IMG/VR virus record: IMGVR_UViG_3300033406_000372 | Coordinates: 1 to 40,393 of that record | Source: a virus | Taxonomy: Duplodnaviria > Caudoviricetes | Length of the DNA: 40,393 bases | Reading direction: 5' to 3' (one strand) | Part shown: positions 36,180 to 40,393 of the stretch, in pieces | Position numbering within the stretch: the stretch's first letter is position 1 | Layout of the letters: each line of letters opens with the position of its first letter | Notes under the pieces: model-generated | The model's input: the letters and a program-made list of their open reading frames with translations, nothing else | Told to the model about the DNA's origin: nothing | The model's database searches: none | Made by a program: the position numbers and the translations under genes

Positions 36180-36551
36180 ATGAATTACTTAATCCTTATT
36201 ACAGCAATTTTTTTAATAATCGCGGGAGACATTATTGTCAAACGCACAGTAAAACAATTTCATAAAAACAAAAAAGTCATGGGAAAGTATGTAGCTAAGA
36301 GAAATGATGACGGAACAATTGCTTTGTTCCAGGTTGGGGATTCTATCGGTGTTGATTTCGCCGTTATTCAGACCTTGGTACAGGTAGATGGAGAAACTGC
36401 TCTTGATGCATTGAACGCAAATGTAAATGATCTTCAGAACCAGCTTGACGATGTGAATGCGCGCATTACCGCTGTATCTGCTTTGCCTATTGTTGAAACT
36501 CCGGTTCAGGATGCAGCAACGGTAGCCGTCGATCAATCCGCAAATTCGTAA
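36180..36551 (+). CDS. N-terminally membrane-anchored coiled-coil protein (alternative start at 36279)
   Basis: Hydrophobic N-terminus; heptad LNANVNDLQNQLDDVNARI. Confidence 0.55.
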   Translation: MNYLILITAIFLIIAGDIIVKRTVKQFHKNKKVMGKYVAKRNDDGTIALFQVGDSIGVDFAVIQTLVQVDGETALDALNANVNDLQNQLDDVNARITAVSALPIVETPVQDAATVAVDQSANS

Positions 36552-36554
36552 GGT

Positions 36555-36800
36555 ATGTTTGAAAAGATCAAAGCCTTATTCAACGAAGGTAAAGAAAGGT
36601 GGAAGTCTGAGCTTCCTCCTTTCTACAAGAAAGCCCGGACCGTGGCTATTAAAATCGGTGGCTCTGCGGGTGCTGTAATCGTAGCGAATGCGACGATGGG
36701 ATTAAACCTAAATCCAACGCTTATAACAGTGTTGTGTTATGTCACAGCTGCCTGTGTAGCTGTGGCCGGAACTGCACAACTGTCAAAACCTGAAATGTAA
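36555..36800 (+). CDS. Small two-TM membrane protein (second holin/antiholin candidate)
   Basis: ERWKSELPPFYKK followed by two hydrophobic helices. Confidence 0.6.
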   Translation: MFEKIKALFNEGKERWKSELPPFYKKARTVAIKIGGSAGAVIVANATMGLNLNPTLITVLCYVTAACVAVAGTAQLSKPEM

Positions 36801-37381
36801 TGGAACTGCTATCAAAAAAATGGGTGTGGTGGGTCTTGATGGTAATCGCTATTATTTGCTTGTCTCTCGTTGTTATTTCACGTTTTCATAAGCCGGTAAA
36901 GGTTGTCCCTGATCGAAAGGCAACAGTTACGGATAGCACGACAACGGCGATTCAGCAAAAGAAAATTGCAGAGCTGGATAGTATTCTAAAGCTCAAAAAC
37001 AATCAACTCGCGACATCGCAAATCAGCCTTTCCATCGTTCGAGGAAAGAATATGAAGTTGAAGCAAACTAATGACTCGCTATCGGCATATTATAATTGCC
37101 ATCATACATTGCCTGTGTGCGATAGTTTAGTAAAAGCTAAACAAACGTACATAACCGGTCTTGAATCGGAGAATGACAGCCTTTATAGCGTTACAAGACA
37201 ATTAAACGGGCTTGTCAATATTGAACGGCAAAAGTCCGCACGGCTTGACACTATTGTCAACAGTAAAGAATCGGTTATTACGGCTTATGCGCGTCAGATG
37301 GAGCGAATTAACTGTACGTCAGAATGGGCTATCAAGCATCGATTTTGGGCGTGGCTATTCAGAATTAAGTGTTACAAATAA
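36800..37381 (+). CDS. Spanin-like (Rz-type) membrane-anchored coiled-coil protein
   Basis: N-terminal TM, long coiled coil, last gene of the lysis cassette. Confidence 0.55.
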   Translation: MELLSKKWVWWVLMVIAIICLSLVVISRFHKPVKVVPDRKATVTDSTTTAIQQKKIAELDSILKLKNNQLATSQISLSIVRGKNMKLKQTNDSLSAYYNCHHTLPVCDSLVKAKQTYITGLESENDSLYSVTRQLNGLVNIERQKSARLDTIVNSKESVITAYARQMERINCTSEWAIKHRFWAWLFRIKCYK

Positions 37382-37415
37382 TTCAGTTTCATAGCTTATA
37401 GATTTTAATTTATTC

Positions 37416-37449
37416 AAGCCCTCCTGTCTGTGAAGATTAGGGGGCTTTT
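37416..37449 (+). terminator. Late-operon intrinsic terminator
   Basis: AAGCCCTCCT...AGGGGGCTTTT. Confidence 0.75.
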
Positions 37450-37504
37450 CATTATTAAATAACAGTAAAATAATAGTATTATTGGTATTGATATGTACAA
37501 TATA

Positions 37505-37525
37505 ATAGTATTTTTACTATCTTTG
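37505..37525 (+). promoter_or_regulatory. hicAB promoter with an overlapping operator
   Basis: ATAGTA-TTTT-TACTAT (37505-37520) overlapping TATCTTTG (37518-37525). Confidence 0.65.
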
Positions 37526-37553
37526 TAAGGTCAAGCGATGAGGAATACTATCA

Positions 37554-37748
37554 ATGAAAAAGTACAAAGTTAAGGAGGTTATAAAGCTGCTGGAGGCCGA
37601 TGGATGGCAGCTTTATACTCAAAGAGGAAGTCATCGACAATTCAAGCATCCTGAGAAAACAGGAAAGGTTACGGTAAATCAAAAACCGAATGAAACTGTA
37701 GATCAGGAAATTTTGAACAGTATTTGGAAACAAGCAGGGTGGCGATAA
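37554..37748 (+). CDS. hicA: HicA toxin (mRNA interferase)
   Basis: LEADGW...RGSHRQFKHPEKTGKVTV...SIWKQAG. Confidence 0.93.
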   Translation: MKKYKVKEVIKLLEADGWQLYTQRGSHRQFKHPEKTGKVTVNQKPNETVDQEILNSIWKQAGWR

Positions 37749-37771
37749 TCACCCTGTAAAAAATAGGATAT

Positions 37772-38179
37772 ATGGAAAAAATTAAAGTATTGGTAAGTTG
37801 GAGTGGAGACAATTATGCGGTTGGTACTGGACAAATTGGAGGTGCAGTGTTTGCAACCGGAAAAACCATAGACGAAGCAAAGAGCGAATTTGAATCAGCC
37901 TTTCAGTTCCACTTGGATGGATGTCTGGCGGATGGCGATGACCTACCTGAGTTCGTAAAAAATAATGATTATGAATTTGATTATGAAATGCAAATATCTG
38001 CCATTCTCCATTATTTTGATGGTATTCTTACTCGGGCGGCACTGGCACGAGTTACTGGAATTAATCAGCGGCAGTTGGGGCATTACGCCTCTGGATTGTC
38101 AACTCCGCGCCCGGCACAACGGGAAAAAATAATTAACGGTTTTCACCGTATAGCTTCAGAACTAAGTTCGGTAGTGTAA
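37772..38179 (+). CDS. hicB: HicB antitoxin with a C-terminal HTH
   Basis: ATGKTIDEAKSEFESAFQFHL; TRAALARVTGINQRQLGHYASG. Confidence 0.88.
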   Translation: MEKIKVLVSWSGDNYAVGTGQIGGAVFATGKTIDEAKSEFESAFQFHLDGCLADGDDLPEFVKNNDYEFDYEMQISAILHYFDGILTRAALARVTGINQRQLGHYASGLSTPRPAQREKIINGFHRIASELSSVV

Positions 38180-38209
38180 TTATCGTTTGACAATTTAATT
38201 CGTACCGAC

Positions 38210-38238
38210 GGCCCTTGCAGTAATGCCGGGGCTTTTTT
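38210..38238 (+). terminator. Terminator after hicAB
   Basis: GGCCCTTGCA-GTAA-TGCCGGGGC followed by T6. Confidence 0.7.
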
Positions 38239-38277
38239 GCTTGCCTGTTGGTATGAAAAAAATTCGAGAAATAGTTG

Positions 38278-38305
38278 TAGGTTGTAAATTTATAACCTAT
38301 CTTTG
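38278..38305 (+). promoter_or_regulatory. Promoter/operator of the DUF4160-DUF2442 pair
   Basis: Dyad TAGGTTGTAAA/TTTATAACCTA (38278-38299) overlapping TATCTTTG (38298-38305). Confidence 0.65.
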
Positions 38306-38329
38306 TGGTACAAACATAAAGAATCGACG

Positions 38330-38572
38330 ATGCCCACTATATTTATATTTTTCGGTTTCAGGTTTATGTTCTATGCTAATGACCACGAACCGATACACAT
38401 ACACGTAATAAAAGGGAACATAAAAGCGAAATTTGGAATATCGCCGGTAGTATTGATAGAAAACAACGGATTAAAACCGTCTGAACTGAAAATGGTAGAG
38501 GCTATAATAGAAGAAAACCAAGAGATAATTGCCGAGCATTGGAATCAATTTTTTAATCAAAACGGGAAATGA
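38330..38572 (+). CDS. DUF4160 family putative toxin
   Basis: MPTIFIFFGFRFMFYANDHEPIHIHV...AKF...IAEHWNQFF. Confidence 0.88.
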   Translation: MPTIFIFFGFRFMFYANDHEPIHIHVIKGNIKAKFGISPVVLIENNGLKPSELKMVEAIIEENQEIIAEHWNQFFNQNGK

Positions 38573-38976
38573 TACAGGTAGATAAAATTTGGACAACAGA
38601 CACGGCTGTATGGATACATACCACCGATGGGCGCGAAGCCTGCGAAAAATTTGCCGATTATCCACGTTTGAAGGCTGCTACAACCCAGCAGCGGAATAAC
38701 TACAAGACGGATGACTTCGGCATCCGTTGGGAAGATATAGACGAAGATTTGAGCTTTGAAGGTTTCTTCGAGGAAAAGGAACGCACCAGACTTTATAAAA
38801 TATTTATGGAAAATCCGGTGTTAAATGCTTCTGCTATTGCCCGGCGTATGGGTATGAAGCAAAGCCTGCTTGCTGCGTATATTAGCGGTACTAAAAAACT
38901 GTCGCCAGAACGTGAACGGGCAATTTTGGATGTTATAAAGCAAATTGGTGCCGAATTGTTACAGCTTACTGCTTAG
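38569..38976 (+). CDS. DUF2442 family putative antitoxin with a C-terminal HTH
   Basis: YPRLKAATTQQR...GIRWEDIDEDLSFEG; NASAIARRMGMKQSLLAAYISG. Confidence 0.88.
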   Translation: MIQVDKIWTTDTAVWIHTTDGREACEKFADYPRLKAATTQQRNNYKTDDFGIRWEDIDEDLSFEGFFEEKERTRLYKIFMENPVLNASAIARRMGMKQSLLAAYISGTKKLSPERERAILDVIKQIGAELLQLTA

Positions 38977-39037
38977 TAATAAGAAAATAGCTTGTGTAGA
39001 AGCAGACTCTTTCTTATCTTTGTAAGGCTTATGGAAT

Positions 39038-39057
39038 AGGCGGCTTAGGCCGCTTTT
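39038..39057. terminator. Hairpin terminator between the TA region and the convergent integrase
   Basis: AGGCGGC-TTAG-GCCGCTTTT. Confidence 0.7.
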
Positions 39058-39058
39058 C

Positions 39059-40393
39059 TCATTTTAGGATATAGTCAATTACCTTTCTATTTGCTTTGTC
39101 AATAATTGACCAGTCTTTCTCTATATAGTGATCGGTGGCCTTCATGTCGGGGTCAACGTGATTCAGCGCAAAATGAACATCGTATTTATCTACTCCGGCT
39201 TTATTCCTTGCAATACTTCCCCATGTGTGCCTTGCAGTGTATGGAATTAAATCTTTACCATTAATAAATTCTTGGAATATCCTTTTTCCCCATTTTTCAA
39301 GTTCTTTCGGATCAATCTTTTCAATTTTTTTGCCAGATAATCTAACTATTTCATTGTTGATAAGTACGGATTGTACCTGTTTTAGTCCTTTTTTTATAGC
39401 AGTGCTGAATGTGTTGGGATTAGAGTATATTGTGTAAAATCTGAATACTCTTTGTCCTGTGGGATCTTGCCATTTTTTTATCAACGATTCAGCTTCAGGT
39501 TCAATTTTGATGCTAATCTTGGCCTTATCTTCACGTCTATTCTTTGTTTTTTTTCGACAATAGGTAATCCTTCCGTGTTGAATATCATCACATTCGTATA
39601 AATCCGCTGTATTCATCCCACAAAGGAAGAATGATAGTAGAAATACGTCTTTTGCAAGATTGAACCTAATTTTACCCCAATCGGTTGCATCGGGTAAATT
39701 ATACATGGCTTTAATTACTTCGGGCGTAGTCGGATGCGGAGAGCTGGCGGGAATCGCAGGAATATCAATGTATTTGAAAGGTGATCGAGGTATGTTGATT
39801 ATACCTGCTTCTTCGTCATTGAATTCTGCCTTTGCCATGTTGTGTAATGCTTTTAGATTTGCAATATACAGAGATGGTGCCCGAGAAAGAATCTTTTTTG
39901 TATGTTCCGAAGGAATGGTTTGTAGCCATTTGATGAAGTCGGATAGTAGCTTGGCGGTTATTTCAGATATATCCACGGAGTTTTTGCCAAGGTATCGAGC
40001 AACAGCATTTACAGCAACTTCATAGGTTCCAGCATTTCCCGTATGCCCTGTTTGCCGTAATTTATTGGCAACGTCTTTTCCATACTGTATAAAATCCAGC
40101 TTGAAACCATCTTTATATTCTGTTATTAAATTTACCACTTGTTCAACGGTCATATTTTCTAAGTCTTCAGCATGATCGTTGCAAATCTTCCGATATTTTT
40201 TGATGATATTTTCTGCGGTGTCGATTATCGATTGAGTTTTGATCTTTCCTGAACGCGTCAAATCCGAAGCGACTACGTAGAGTTGTGTAGATATATATCG
40301 GTTCTTTCGATTGTGTGTGACTCGGATTCTAACGTTACGTGTGCCATCGCGCCGTATCTGATCGCTTCGTATTTCCGCTTTGAATGTAGCCAT
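39059..40393 (-). CDS. int: Tyrosine integrase, Bacteroidota type (arm-binding, SAM-like and catalytic domains)
   Basis: DGTRNVRIRVTHNRK arm domain; LSFFLCGMNTADL, YCRKKT, YTARHTW, ALNH, TDHY. Confidence 0.93.
   Translation of the reverse strand: MATFKAEIRSDQIRRDGTRNVRIRVTHNRKNRYISTQLYVVASDLTRSGKIKTQSIIDTAENIIKKYRKICNDHAEDLENMTVEQVVNLITEYKDGFKLDFIQYGKDVANKLRQTGHTGNAGTYEVAVNAVARYLGKNSVDISEITAKLLSDFIKWLQTIPSEHTKKILSRAPSLYIANLKALHNMAKAEFNDEEAGIINIPRSPFKYIDIPAIPASSPHPTTPEVIKAMYNLPDATDWGKIRFNLAKDVFLLSFFLCGMNTADLYECDDIQHGRITYCRKKTKNRREDKAKISIKIEPEAESLIKKWQDPTGQRVFRFYTIYSNPNTFSTAIKKGLKQVQSVLINNEIVRLSGKKIEKIDPKELEKWGKRIFQEFINGKDLIPYTARHTWGSIARNKAGVDKYDVHFALNHVDPDMKATDHYIEKDWSIIDKANRKVIDYILK

Larger units (their letters stand above)
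1..40393. mobile_element. Temperate prophage (lambda-like head, Mu-like contractile tail), probable Bacteroidota host; att sites lie outside the window
   Basis: Full modular set of repressor, replication, terminase, portal, capsid, sheath/baseplate, lysis and integrase genes in canonical order; TAnnTTTG promoters. Confidence 0.95.

Noticed and set aside
14000-36600. Numerous antisense and alternate-frame ORFs in the structural region (e.g. 18149-18648, 21405-22832, 24785-25585)
   Set aside because: They are shadows of well-supported + strand genes, with no motifs or independent expression signals
37212-37394. Overlapping ORF as an Rz1-like o-spanin
   Set aside because: No hydrophobic signal or lipobox Cys
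1-40393. Stop-codon reassignment, tRNA genes, invertible fibre cassette, att core repeats
   Set aside because: Genes are intact under the standard code; no cloverleaf, invertase or terminal direct repeat was seen, and the window is trimmed to gene boundaries

Overview
A 40.4 kb, near-complete temperate prophage, most likely from a Bacteroidota host. The host call rests on repeated TAnnTTTG -7 promoter boxes, a Bacteroidota-type tyrosine integrase and a Q-rule signal peptide. Left to right the window holds: (1) leftward AT-rich accessory genes, including a Lamassu/ABC-3C LmuA-like nuclease cut off from its probable partners by the window edge; (2) an S24-type CI repressor and switch region; (3) a rightward early operon (LuxR-HTH, Xis-like, Sak4-like ATPase, PD-(D/E)XK exonuclease, NinB, VRR-NUC, lambda O-like initiator with iterons); (4) an inverted four-gene moron (HNH, small basic repeat protein, DUF4145, YodC); (5) a candidate cos site and a lambda-like head module; (6) a Mu-like contractile tail with permuted baseplate gene order and a -1 frameshifted chaperone; (7) two fibre genes and an enlarged lysis cassette containing a DUF6527-like gene; (8) two tandem toxin-antitoxin modules; and (9) an inward-facing integrase. 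The most intriguing observation is an early gene (6700-7470) that appears to fuse a copy of the RNA polymerase beta SI1/BBM2 insert to a DUF4494-like domain and is bracketed by a 27-bp direct repeat. All family assignments come from motif recognition by eye, not from database searches. No att sites, RNA genes, CRISPR array or reverse transcriptase were seen.
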